A stretch of DNA of 64,000 nt from a candidate division FCPU426 bacterium. GTDB taxonomy: Bacteria; Oederibacteriota; Muellerivitia; Muellerivitales; Muellerivitaceae. Positions within the stretch are counted from its first letter, which is position 1. Each line of letters opens with the position of its first letter. Positions 1-10,078 of this stretch are shown in pieces. The DNA is taken from assembly GCA_963830915.1 (NCBI GenBank), contig CAWHOE010000006.1, positions 268,197-332,196 of the forward strand, given 5' to 3'. The translations under genes and the position numbers were made by a program. The notes under the pieces were generated by a model, which was not told the DNA's origin, made no database searches, and worked only from the letters and a program-made list of their open reading frames with translations.

Positions 1-28
1 ACCGCACGGATTATCGATTTTTCCTTTT

Positions 29-799
29 TTACTGCGCAGTGAAGATGAAGTCGACCGACTTGGTCTCCCCGTCCTTGATGTCCACCTTTTGTGGGGCTGA
101 CTCGCCGTATTTTTCCTGCCAGGCCACCAGGGTGTAACTTCCCGCCGGGAGGGAGGAGATCTTATAAGTCCCATCGGCAGCCGTCACATTGAAGAACGGA
201 TGGCTGAAAACCCCCCCGAAACAATGCATCCAGCTATGGACATCGCATTTGAACTTCACCGGCATCTCCGGCTTGGTGAACTTTTTCTCGGTCTTCATGC
301 CCTGACTGGGCTGACCCACGTTGAAAGCGTCATTGATCGACGGCATGGCGTGGACGTTGTGCAGGGTCGGATCGTCATTGACGATCTCCAAGGGCTGGTT
401 GACCTGTATCCCGAACACATGAGGGGTATACATACAACCGTGCTGGGTCAGGGTGACGCCTGTGGAGGGGGCCGGATAGCTTCCAGACACATCCTTGGTA
501 TAGACCAGGACATTGGCCAGATCGTTCTTCGCGTCCACCACGACCGTCTCATCCTTGACCGAGCCTGAGTGCTGGGATTTACACACGGGGTCCGCGTCCA
601 TCGCGATGAGTTCGGCTTTCGGCGCCCCGCCTTTCAAGGTGACCTTGCCGGAAATGACCCCAGTGCCCAGTTTAGCGGCTGACGCGGAGCCGGTATTACC
701 GCCTCCCATCGCGTCGAGGTCATCATCGCTGTTCTTTCCGCAGCCAGCGGTCATTAGACCCGCCGCCAGAATGAACACCAGGTAGTGTCTTAAATTCAT
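29..799 (-). CDS. Lipoprotein with cupredoxin-like (type 1 Cu) and carboxypeptidase-regulatory-like domains
   Basis: Lipobox LMTAG-C after a hydrophobic N-terminus; HNVH...KCDVHSWM supplies a His/Cys/His/Met ligand set; C-terminal DGTYKISSLPAGSYTLVAW Ig-like motif; last visible gene of the respiratory cluster. Confidence 0.7.
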   Translation of the reverse strand: MNLRHYLVFILAAGLMTAGCGKNSDDDLDAMGGGNTGSASAAKLGTGVISGKVTLKGGAPKAELIAMDADPVCKSQHSGSVKDETVVVDAKNDLANVLVYTKDVSGSYPAPSTGVTLTQHGCMYTPHVFGIQVNQPLEIVNDDPTLHNVHAMPSINDAFNVGQPSQGMKTEKKFTKPEMPVKFKCDVHSWMHCFGGVFSHPFFNVTAADGTYKISSLPAGSYTLVAWQEKYGESAPQKVDIKDGETKSVDFIFTAQ

Positions 800-962
800 T
801 TCTCTCTCCTCTGTGGTCGAACTTTCCTAGACCGAGCCCGAAGACCCGATCAGGCTTGAACCGAAAAATACTTTAGCCCTGGGAAACCTTGATTGCAAGC
901 TGGGACAATGGGACAAAGAAGGCTCTAAATCACTCCCATTAGGGGGAGTGAAGAAGCCTCTA

Positions 963-3762
963 TTACATACCCTTCCCCAGCATGAAGAGATAATCCCGGA
1001 GGGCTTCCCGCTGTTTAGGGGAATCCCCATGGAAATATTGGGGAACGGGCGAGGTTTCCTGGGGCCAGAACCCGGGCATCCGGGTCCCCGGCATCAGATC
1101 ATCCGGGTTCTTGAGCCAAAGGACGATCCAATCAGGCTTGAGCCTCTCATGCACTTTCAAAAGATCCGGGGCGGCCGAATTGAGGTCGGGCGGTATCTTG
1201 TCGCCCAACACGTGGCACTTCTGGCACTGCAACTTGGCGAACATGGCCTTGGCTTGGATCAGGTCATTACCCTTCAGCTTCTGGGTCGTCACCTTCTGGA
1301 AGGGATATATCTGGTTGTCGTTAAGGTTGAAATAAGTGATGACTTTACTGACATCCTCGTCCGACCAGCGGAAGCTGGGCATGCGGATGTGCAGCCAGGG
1401 CCGGATGGGATGGACATTCGTGAGGAAGTCATGGAACCACTCGATCTGGACCTTGGACCCTTCCTTGCGGAGGTTGGGCGGGGCCAGGGAGAAATCCATG
1501 CCTTCTTTCTCGTACATTTCCCGTATCTTGCCGCCCTGATCCTCGATCAGATGGCAGCCGCGGCAATTGAACTTGGCGATGACCCGGCGGCCCTGTTCCA
1601 GCAAGGGGCCATTGCCATGGATCCCGGCCGTCATCTCATCAGGCACGTAGGTGTTGGTGAGGCCCAAGACCGCGGTCACGATGGCGTCCCGCTCATCGAC
1701 CGACAAATAGAAATTGGGCATCTTCAAGCGGTCCTGGAAGGCCTGGACCTTGTCCTTATCGAATTGCCGGGGATTGGAAAGCTTGGCGTTGATGAAAGCG
1801 TCGTGGGTATGGGCCACATCGGTGAACCCGAAGTCGATCTGGCTGAGCTGTTTGGAGCCCCACTCGGAAAGCTCGGTGCCGATGCCCTGGGCCGTCTCGA
1901 AACCCTGGATCATATGACAGCCGAAACAACCGTACTTGGTGATGCTCTTCTGCCCTAACAAGAGTTCTTTGGCGTCGTCGGTCATACCGGCCACTTGCTC
2001 TCGGGCCGACTTCTCACCCTGCTGGACCTTGAGGTAATCCACCAACAGCTGGTCCCTAACCGCCGGATCGGCCTGGGGCGGGGTCGTGGACTCGAAATCC
2101 TTGTTGCGCTTGCTCATCAGGTAGGCCGTGATATCGGAGGCTTCCTGCGCAGACAGGCGCAGGTTGGGCATGCGGGTATCCGGATCGTAATGTTTGGGAT
2201 CGCGTATCCAGGTATAGACCCAGGACGGGGAAAGTTTGCTTCCCGCCGCCGAAAGGTCCGGCGCGAAATTGGCGTGGTAGCTGGCGACATCGTTCATCCC
2301 GTGGCAGGCCACGCAGCCGACTTCCTTGAAAAGTTTCTTGCCGTTGGAGACGCTTCCCCGGCCCGGGAGCTTCCTTGGGTTGATAATCAGCGGACCGGGT
2401 GAAAAGATAATTCACGATAGCGGTCATCTCGGTCTTGGTCTTGGCCAGGCCTTCCTCATCCGAGTTGTTCGTCTGCTGGAAGTAGCTGGGCATCTTGGCT
2501 TCAGGATTGAATGACTTGGGCGCCCAGACCCATTTGAGCACGAACTCTTTCTTAAGCTTTCCCTTCACCTTCAGCAAGTTCGGTCCGGCCTTGGGCATGT
2601 TCTCCAGGTTCTTGACCTTGTGGCAACCGACACAGCCCCGCACCACCATCAATTCCCGGCCTTTATCCAGCTTGGGGGCGAAATTCACGTGTTGCTGGGT
2701 ACCGTGGCACTTCAAACAGGAACCCTCCGTATATTTCAGGGGGAGCATGGGAACAGGAACGCCTTCAGGCTCTTTCCAGTTGTATTTAACGGTCCAGACC
2801 TTGGCCTGGTCCTCGTCGTTGGGAACATGGGCGCAGGTATTGAAATTGACCGCTTGGCCCACACCGCCATGACAGACGGTACAACCGATCTTGTTCAAGG
2901 GATGGGGGCTGGAAGCTCCCAGATAAAGGTCCAACTTGGGGTGGGTGCGGAAAGGCTGGGGCGCGTCCTCGAAGCCTTTTTGGTCGATGGCCAAATGGCA
3001 GGTGATACAACGATCCACTCGCATGGTCTTGGCGAAATAGAGATCCTCCGGCAGGTTCTTCAACACGATCTGTTTGACCTGGATGGTGGGGGACATGAAA
3101 TCCAGCAGCATGGCGTTACGGAACATGAAGAGGAAGTCGAAATCCAGGTTATGGAATTTGGTCCTCAGCAGGGTCAAATTGGCCGTGAGCTTTTTGATCT
3201 GGTCCTTGGCGTCATCCCTTTTGGCCGAAAGGTCGGCCAGTTTCTGGAGGATCTGATCCTGGGCCTTCTTGAGTTCGAACACCTTCTGGTTCAGGGCGCT
3301 GGCCTCATCCACCAGATCGTCTATCTTCTTCTTCAATCCGGAGTTTACTTTGCCTTCTTTCAAGAAGTGCTCGGAATAATCGTACTTGGCCGCGTCGATC
3401 TGCGCCCTCTCCAAGAGATAATCCTTGTTGAATTTGTAGATCTGGGCGTCCAGCTTGCCTTGTTGGTCTTCCAGATCGCTGATCTCGCGTGTATGGGTTT
3501 CCAGTTCCTTGGAGGCGTCGCTAAGCTGGGTTTTCAGTTGGTTGACCTGGTTCCAATCCACCTCGTTCTTGGCCTCGGCGTAACTTTCCTTGATGCGGCT
3601 ACGTTGAAGGTGCATGAACTTGCGCTGGTAATCCTTCCAGGGACGGCTGTAATCCAGCCAGGCCATGGCGATGACGCAAGCCAACAGCCCCAGGCTGGCC
3701 CAAAGGAATACTTTGGTCAGGGTATTAACGTTGTAGACCCGTTCGTCTTTGACTTCAGCCAA
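963..3762 (-). CDS. Membrane-anchored octaheme cytochrome c of a Rieske/cytochrome b complex (~932 aa after correcting one frameshift)
   Basis: ORFs 2056..3762 and 963..2312 join if one base of the CCCC run at 2356-2359 is removed (...PGPGSVSNGKKLFKEVGCVACH). Eight CxxCH motifs: CITCH, CTVCH, CLKCH, CVGCH, CVACH, CFGCH, CRGCH, CQKCH. N-terminal TM helix followed by a long coiled coil. TTG start with AAGGA RBS. Confidence 0.88.
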
Positions 3763-3793
3763 GGCTTGTTCCTTTACGGACCCTTTTTTGGTC

Positions 3794-4880
3794 CTAAATA
3801 TTGAAGAAAAATTCCGGTATCGAGACGATGTATTTAAGGTTCAAAACCCACCGCAGGATCATTTTGATGGGAAGCGCCGCCATCAGCAGGGTCAGGTTGA
3901 TCAGGATCGCGTAACGTACCAGCCCCATTTTTTCCAGCATCCCCTGAAGTAGCGGGATCTTCTTGGTCAATAACGGGGGAAGACCGACCAGGTAGAAGAT
4001 GACGATCAGGAAACCCCAGAATCTCGCGGATGAACCAACTATGAGGCAGTCCGGTTCCCAACAACTTCACCCAGATGTACTCGGAAAAGTTCACGTTGTT
4101 CAAGACCACGACCTTGTGGGCGTCCCAAACCTCGAAGGGTCCGAAGAAGTTCCAGGCCGGACCGCGCAGGAAGGTTCCCAGGAAGATCAGGGTCACCCAA
4201 AGGATGAAGAATCCGAACAGGAAAGGGATGATGGCGAATTGTCGCTCCGAGAAGGTGTAATATCCGTTACCCTTGGGGTTCTTGTCGATATAAGGGATGG
4301 CCATAAGGCCTACGATGATCAGGGTCGGGAAGACCACCCCGGCCAGCCAGGGATCGTAATATACGAGCATTTCCTGTAGACCCAGGAAGTACCAGGGGGC
4401 TTTGGAGGGATTGGGGGTCCAGGCCGGGGTAGCCGATTCTTCCAAGGGCGCGTGAAGGCAGAGGGACCAGACCAGAAGAAGGACACCGGCGATCACGGTC
4501 ACGATGAACTCGATATAGACCAGGTCGGGCCAAACATAGGTCTTGATGTCGGAGGTTTCTTTCTCGATCGGTGGTTTTCCCTCGGCCAGGCGCTTATCGT
4601 TCAAGGCGGCCTGCCGGAAGGACAGCCAGGTGAAGAATCCCACCGAGAAAACCATGATGAAGATGGGGAAATTATCCGCTTTGGTGGAGATATCCCGGAA
4701 ATGGTCGTTGAACATGGATAATCCCAGGACCGCCAGGACCCCCCCCAGTATCTTCAAGGCGAACTTCGGTTCGGTCCATTGATGCCGGTAGCGGATCATG
4801 GCATAGAACAACCCGACCGAGATCAGGAAGTATGCCCAAGGTTGGAACAAGAAATTCGTGAGACTGACTAAAGATTGCAT
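3794..4880 (-). CDS. Cytochrome b C-terminal subunit (subunit IV/PetD-like) with extra TM helices (~361 aa after correcting one frameshift)
   Basis: VWPDLVYIE and TPNPSKAPWYFLGLQE (PEWY-equivalent). Removing one base of CCCC at 4014-4017 restores a hydrophobic tail LGFLIVIFYLVGLPPLL...IPEFFFNI, with TAG at 3794-3796. Confidence 0.85.
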
Positions 4881-4963
4881 TTTGCCTCGGATCAGATATT
4901 TGTTTTTGGATCATTCCCCTAATAGATCGGAACGATCCACGGCCGAAACTTTCACATCGAACC

Positions 4964-5794
4964 TCAAAGAGGTCCGGAAATCCCCCCGTCCTTGCGGATC
5001 CTCCAGAAATGGATGGCCATCAAGGTCGCCGCGACGATCGGTATAAAGACGCAATGAAGCACGTAAAAACGGAGGAGTGTGGCCTCGGAAACGAAGTGAC
5101 CGCCCAAAAGGGCGAAATGGACATCCGATCCCCCATGCACCAAGTGGACCCCGCCGATCTGGATCATGGAAGCGCCCGGACCCTCATAACCCATGAAGGG
5201 AGTGGCGCGGGCCATGTTGGTCCCGACCGTGATGGCCCACATGGCCAACTGGTCCCAGGGCAAAAGGTAACCGGTGAAAGAAAGAAGAAGGGTCAATACC
5301 AGGAGCACCACGCCGATGACCCAGTTGAACTCACGGGGGGGCTTATAGGAACCCGTCATGAAAACCCGGAACATATGCAGCCAGACCGCGATGACCATGG
5401 CATGGGCCGCCCAGCGGTGCAGTTCCCGCATGATGCCCAGAGGCACATGCTCACGAAGGGCCACGATGTCGTAAAAAGCGTACTCGGCGGTGGGCCGGTA
5501 ATAGAACATCAAAAGAACGCCGGTCACGGTCAGGTTCAAGAATAGGAAGAAGGACAAACCACCCATGCACCAAGTGTAGCTCATCTTGATGCCGGAATAT
5601 CGGGCCTTCACAGGATGAAGATGCAGGAAGAGGTTGGACAGGACCGCCATGATACGGTTACGGGGCGTGTCCGGATAGCCGTGCCGGAACACCGATTTCC
5701 AAACCTGTCCCTCGGCGATGGATTTACGGACCGCCTCAGGCGAAGGCGCCTTGGCCTTCCATTCAGCGATGGTTTTTTTGATTCCTTCTAACAT
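4964..5794 (-). CDS. petB: Cytochrome b N-terminal subunit (cytochrome b6-like)
   Basis: [25 protein letters not shown]...[30 protein letters not shown]...[16 protein letters not shown]; four heme-b His positions present. Confidence 0.92.
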   Translation of the reverse strand: MLEGIKKTIAEWKAKAPSPEAVRKSIAEGQVWKSVFRHGYPDTPRNRIMAVLSNLFLHLHPVKARYSGIKMSYTWCMGGLSFFLFLNLTVTGVLLMFYYRPTAEYAFYDIVALREHVPLGIMRELHRWAAHAMVIAVWLHMFRVFMTGSYKPPREFNWVIGVVLLVLTLLLSFTGYLLPWDQLAMWAITVGTNMARATPFMGYEGPGASMIQIGGVHLVHGGSDVHFALLGGHFVSEATLLRFYVLHCVFIPIVAATLMAIHFWRIRKDGGISGPL

Positions 5795-5854
5795 GCGCTA
5801 CTCCCCTTCCTCTAAAAAGCAGTTCTAAGTTAACAACAACTTAAAACTTTCGGA

Positions 5855-6700
5855 TCAGCCTTTGTACTCCAAGAACGATCCGGGCATTCCCCACTGTCCC
5901 AATTCCTGCTGGAACTTGACTCCCTCATCCACCTCGATCTGGCCGTCATCGGCCAGGGCGATCTGAAAACGTTCCAAGGGTCTGGGGGCCGGTCCCTCGA
6001 AATTGACACCGGTGACATAAAAACCGCTCCCATGGCAAGGGCATTTGAATTTCTGCTCGGTCTGGAGCCAGTTGGGGGTGCAACCCAAATGGGTACAGAT
6101 GGTTGAGAGCGCGTAAAAACCCTTGTCGTTGCGGACGATCCATACCCGGTGTTCGTTCTTGAAACGCTCATCCACCCCCACCGCGAACTGGTCCGGAAAG
6201 CCGACCTTGAATTTTAATGGCGGTTCGAAGGTTACATTGGGGAAAAAGAAACGCAGGACGGTGGTCAACGCGCCCATGGTAGCCGCCGTAAAAGCGATCC
6301 AGGCCCATCCTAGAAGGGTGATGAAGGACCGGCGGGTCATCTGGGGATTCAGGGGAAGAACTTGTCCATCAGCCGTGGTAAAGGTCGGCATGGAAGCCGG
6401 CGCGGGGACTGGCTTTTTCTTGCGGATGATCTCTTCCGGAACAGGAGCTGGGTTATAGAAGAAATGGTAGACGGTCAGACCGATCAACGAAAGGACATAG
6501 ATCGCCAGTACCCCAAGACCCGAGTAAGCGATGATCAGGATGGTCGAGCTGGCGCCAGAAGACGCTGCAGTGGATTCCTCAGCGAAAAGTATGGATGTGG
6601 TTAACAATAGGCAAATGGATGCAATAATAGCTATCTTTTTTCGTGGTAATAGATCAGGCATCCATGGCTCCAATGGATCTTTCGGCTCAACATAACTCAA
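5855..6700 (-). CDS. Rieske 2Fe-2S subunit with N-terminal extension (start uncertain, possibly ATG at 6661)
   Basis: CTHLGC and CPCHGS boxes, GPAPRPL, internal twin-arginine TRRSFI followed by a TM helix. Confidence 0.93.
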   Translation of the reverse strand: MSYVEPKDPLEPWMPDLLPRKKIAIIASICLLLTTSILFAEESTAASSGASSTILIIAYSGLGVLAIYVLSLIGLTVYHFFYNPAPVPEEIIRKKKPVPAPASMPTFTTADGQVLPLNPQMTRRSFITLLGWAWIAFTAATMGALTTVLRFFFPNVTFEPPLKFKVGFPDQFAVGVDERFKNEHRVWIVRNDKGFYALSTICTHLGCTPNWLQTEQKFKCPCHGSGFYVTGVNFEGPAPRPLERFQIALADDGQIEVDEGVKFQQELGQWGMPGSFLEYKG

Positions 6701-6754
6701 AAATCATTACGAGGTTTTGATGAGTGAAAAGTCAAATGCATATAAAGCAGGCGT

Positions 6755-6784
6755 ATTCTAGTCGAGTATTTTTTCGAGTGTCAA
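6755..6784 (-). promoter_or_regulatory. sigma70-type promoter of the Rieske/cytochrome b operon
   Basis: Minus strand TTGACA (6784-6779), 18 nt spacer, TAGAAT (6760-6755), about 55 nt upstream of the Rieske ORF. Confidence 0.7.
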
Positions 6785-6916
6785 GAACCAACGTGGCAAA
6801 AATCCTTATTTTTATGCGGTAAATCGGCCAAAAGGTCATTCAAAAGTTAAAAGAATTCACAAAGCGTAAAAGCTTCCGCTTGCCCGGACAACTTCAGCCA
6901 TTTTCCCTATTTTCTT

Positions 6917-8050
6917 TCAATTACCGGTATAAGTAATTTTGAATATCCTTCCAGCGTGATCATCGGAAACGAATAATTCCCCATGGGGGCCTGTCAAAAC
7001 ATCCACCGGTTTTCCCACCCTTTCAGCGCCTTGCAGGAATCCCCACAAAAAATCCCGTGGTTTCCCGGCTTTGTTCCCTCTCAGGGGAAAGAAAACCACT
7101 TTATATCCCACGGGAATGGACCTGTTCCAACTCCCGTGGAAACAGACAAATAACCCCTGACTATATTCCTGGGGAAAAGCCTGGCCTGAATAAAAGGTAA
7201 TGCCCAGAGGGGCTGTGTGAGCCTGGTACTCAAAGATCGGGGACCCGTTCTGCCGAACCCCCAGGTGGCCCATGTCCGGGTCCGGCACCACCTTGCCCTT
7301 GAGGGAGTAGGAATAGGGCCATCCGTAATCCTTCCCTTGCTCGATCAGATAGAATGTTTCCGGCGGTAAGTCATCGCCCAAATAATCCCTGCCGTTACAG
7401 GACGCCCAAAGGTCGGTTGTCCCGGGGCGGAAAGCGATCCCTACGGCATTGCGCAATCCCTTGGCATAAACCTCAAAAGCGGACCCGTCCGGGTCACACC
7501 GGCAAATGGAGGCATAGCGGGGATCCGGTTCCTCGCAGGTATCACAGGTGCTTCCGATGGAGATGTAAAGTTTGCCGTCAGGCCCAAAAGCCAGCGTACG
7601 GGTGAAATGGCGTCCCCCGGGAGGTAAGGGAGTGACCGTATGACCATCCTCCGCGAAGAGTCGATGGTCCGTCATGATGAACCTTGAAACCCTACTGGTT
7701 TCCCCCACATAGATCTGCCCATCGTGAAAAACTAAACTGTGAGGATTGTCCAACCCCTCGATGACGATCCTGGGTTGGGCGCAAAATCCCTGGTTGAATG
7801 GATCGGGGAGTTCCAATATCCTTCCGCCCTTCATGTCACAAACATAAAGGTCGCCTTCCGGGGAAAAGGCCATGCCCCTGGCGTTGCCCAGACCCGAGGC
7901 GAAAACCGAGACTTTAAAACCCGGTGGTACGGACAACCGCTGCGCCGCCCCTTGAGCCACGGCGTCAGAGGCTGCTGGACCCGCCAAAATAAAATTCGGG
8001 AGGATAAGTAGAAAGGAAACTGTGAAAAGTTTAGCGGTATGGAATTTCAA
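6917..8050 (-). CDS. Glucose/sorbosone dehydrogenase family (PQQ-dependent sugar dehydrogenase-like) beta-propeller
   Basis: Signal peptide; VPPGFKVSVFASGL, HFTRTLAFGPDGKLYISIGS, GLRNAVG, DYGWPY, AHTAPLG, HGSWNRS, GELFVSDD. Confidence 0.88.
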   Translation of the reverse strand: MKFHTAKLFTVSFLLILPNFILAGPAASDAVAQGAAQRLSVPPGFKVSVFASGLGNARGMAFSPEGDLYVCDMKGGRILELPDPFNQGFCAQPRIVIEGLDNPHSLVFHDGQIYVGETSRVSRFIMTDHRLFAEDGHTVTPLPPGGRHFTRTLAFGPDGKLYISIGSTCDTCEEPDPRYASICRCDPDGSAFEVYAKGLRNAVGIAFRPGTTDLWASCNGRDYLGDDLPPETFYLIEQGKDYGWPYSYSLKGKVVPDPDMGHLGVRQNGSPIFEYQAHTAPLGITFYSGQAFPQEYSQGLFVCFHGSWNRSIPVGYKVVFFPLRGNKAGKPRDFLWGFLQGAERVGKPVDVLTGPHGELFVSDDHAGRIFKITYTGN

Positions 8051-8121
8051 TGGACCCCTTATAAAAGAACAGATTAGTCCTTATAAAGGGATCCATCAAG
8101 GGATGAGAAACACCCAATCTT

Positions 8122-9726
8122 TTATTTCACCAGTTCCACATCGTCGATCTTGAAATCAAAATCGGGGCTTCCGGCGCCAGGTGAAAAGGTCAGTTTGGTC
8201 ACGTCATTGAAACTCTTTGGCACCTGTTTCCCCCAGGAAGCTTGGCCAAAATCCGTGAAAGGAATGGTGACCTGGGTCCAATCAGCCGACGATACGAAAT
8301 TAGCCTGGAAATCACAATAGTCCGTCACCGAGGCCTTGTTCAAGGCGACCAAGTGGGGCTTTCCGTCCCCTTTGGTATAGAAGCGAAGAGCTTTATAACC
8401 GTTTATATTTACGGGGTTCGCTCCCGCGTTCAAGCTGAGCGAAAGGATCGCCCAGGGCCAGGGCGCCTGTTGCGGACCCATGTGGCCTTTCATTCCCGCG
8501 CAATGTCCTGGGGATTGGGGAGAACCGCCAGCCAGTGTGGTGAAAGGCATTGGCTCCAGTTTGGTGACCCCGAATGTATCGCAACCAGTCCACCAACCCG
8601 AACCATAAAGGGGCGTGGAAAACTCAAAATCATCCAGTTTCAACACATCCTTATCCGGCGCGACAATAACGGACTGGGAATCGATGACCGCTGGTTTGGA
8701 GACAATAGGGGCTGTCTGGGAAACCGCCGCTTGTGGTTTCCAAACGGCGTTGATCAGGGTCAGTTCTTTCGCGTCAAAATTTACGGGATACACGGAAGCG
8801 GCGAGGGGCTGAACTTCCTTACCGCCTTGAAGTACCTTCAGCCCATCCCCCTCGATATCGACCTTGAGGACCGTCCCCTTGGGAAAGTTGGCCGGAATTT
8901 CCCAGCGAATGACTGTTTGAGTGTCGCTCTTTTGTGGCTCCGCTTTCTCCAGGATTTTTTCCGCCTTCCAATAGGCGCCCACCTCGCCGAAGGGAGCTAC
9001 CCACAGGTCTTTTTGTTTAATGACCAGGTAATCCAGGAACTGAAGATAGGTTTTCTTGGGGATGGGTTGGTACCAATCGGAGCCTTCGATGGAATGGATC
9101 ATCAGGACGGTCCAAGCGCCTGATTCTAGGTCCTGATCCACCCAATTTTTATAGGTCTCATAGGCGTAAGCGGTCAGGGTGACTTGACTGGGGATATCGA
9201 ACCAATCGGGTTCCATGCCGGGGGTCAGATAATAGCCGGACCCATTGCCGCCCCGCGCGATGAAATCATCGGCTTCGACCCATTTTTTCAGGCCGGGCGA
9301 TTCCTCGACGAAGGGGTAGGCGAAGGTCAGGACAGGAACGCCGAACAATTTTTCCAGTGCGGACTTGGCCTGCTCCACCTCGTTTTGCTCATCCAGAGGC
9401 TTCAGTTCGGAAGTATGACGATGGGTGACAGTATGGTTCCCGACCTCCTGGCCCGAAACGAGTATCTTTTTCCACTCTTCGGCCCGGTCTAATTTCCCCG
9501 AGATAAGATAAAAGGTCCCTCTTAAATTCCTTTTGGCCATTTCCGGAACGACTACATCCAATTGGATGGGGATACCGTCATCATAGGTCAGGGAAAGTGC
9601 GGCTTTATAACCATTCCAGGGAATGACTTGAAAGGGAACGTCCTTGGCGTGGGAAACGCAGGGTAATAAAAGCGTGAAAAAGAATACCCAACCCCAGGTT
9701 GTCTTTGCTTTATAAGAATTCGACAT
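8122..9726 (-). CDS. Secreted CE4/NodB polysaccharide deacetylase with C-terminal CIA30/CBM11-like module
   Basis: Signal peptide; LSLTYDDG, GNHTVTH, FAYPF and LMIH motifs; C-terminal LDDFE...LRFYTKGDG...WTQVTIPFTDF...FKIDDVEL. No T9SS-like tail. Confidence 0.82.
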   Translation of the reverse strand: MSNSYKAKTTWGWVFFFTLLLPCVSHAKDVPFQVIPWNGYKAALSLTYDDGIPIQLDVVVPEMAKRNLRGTFYLISGKLDRAEEWKKILVSGQEVGNHTVTHRHTSELKPLDEQNEVEQAKSALEKLFGVPVLTFAYPFVEESPGLKKWVEADDFIARGGNGSGYYLTPGMEPDWFDIPSQVTLTAYAYETYKNWVDQDLESGAWTVLMIHSIEGSDWYQPIPKKTYLQFLDYLVIKQKDLWVAPFGEVGAYWKAEKILEKAEPQKSDTQTVIRWEIPANFPKGTVLKVDIEGDGLKVLQGGKEVQPLAASVYPVNFDAKELTLINAVWKPQAAVSQTAPIVSKPAVIDSQSVIVAPDKDVLKLDDFEFSTPLYGSGWWTGCDTFGVTKLEPMPFTTLAGGSPQSPGHCAGMKGHMGPQQAPWPWAILSLSLNAGANPVNINGYKALRFYTKGDGKPHLVALNKASVTDYCDFQANFVSSADWTQVTIPFTDFGQASWGKQVPKSFNDVTKLTFSPGAGSPDFDFKIDDVELVK

Positions 9727-9808
9727 CCATTCCTCCTGAATTTCGAAAATGATAAAAGGCTTATAACAATTCTCTTTATTCTAATTCAACTGTTGGAAGA
9801 CAAAAGAA

Positions 9809-10078
9809 TTACCGAAGGATCAGTAACTTACCGATGGACCGTCCCTGGGAGGTTTGGACCACCACATAATAAAGCCCGCTGGCCAGAGGCTTGCCCCACT
9901 TGTCCGTCAGGCTCAAAGACACATCCGTCCCCGAGGGCAGCTGCCGGTACGTGTTGTCCTGTACCTTCCGGAAGGCCAAAGTGAATATCTTCACCCTTAC
10001 ATCCGATAACCCGTAATAGGCTGGAGGCCTGACCTTGACCGGCACCGTCCCGTCGGCGGGATTGGGATAGACCACAGG
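9809..10078 (-). repeat. Conserved C-terminal sorting domain, copy 1 of 6
   Basis: [10 protein letters not shown]...[10 protein letters not shown]...[18 protein letters not shown]...GKLLILR; visibly similar to the other copies at DNA level. Confidence 0.92.

Noticed and set aside
948..1958. Long plus-strand ORFs opposite real genes (also 2620-3804, 8242-9123, 13394-14173, 20860-21867)
   Set aside because: Antisense to genes with clear motifs; no recognisable protein features of their own.
2356..4017. Programmed ribosomal frameshifting in the respiratory genes
   Set aside because: No slippery heptamer or evident stimulatory structure; same pattern as the other homopolymer errors.
6844..6862. 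Rex-like operator AAGTTAA-AAGAA-TTCACAA upstream of the respiratory operon
   Set aside because: Only one good half-site, and the spacer is 5 nt rather than 4; too weak to call.
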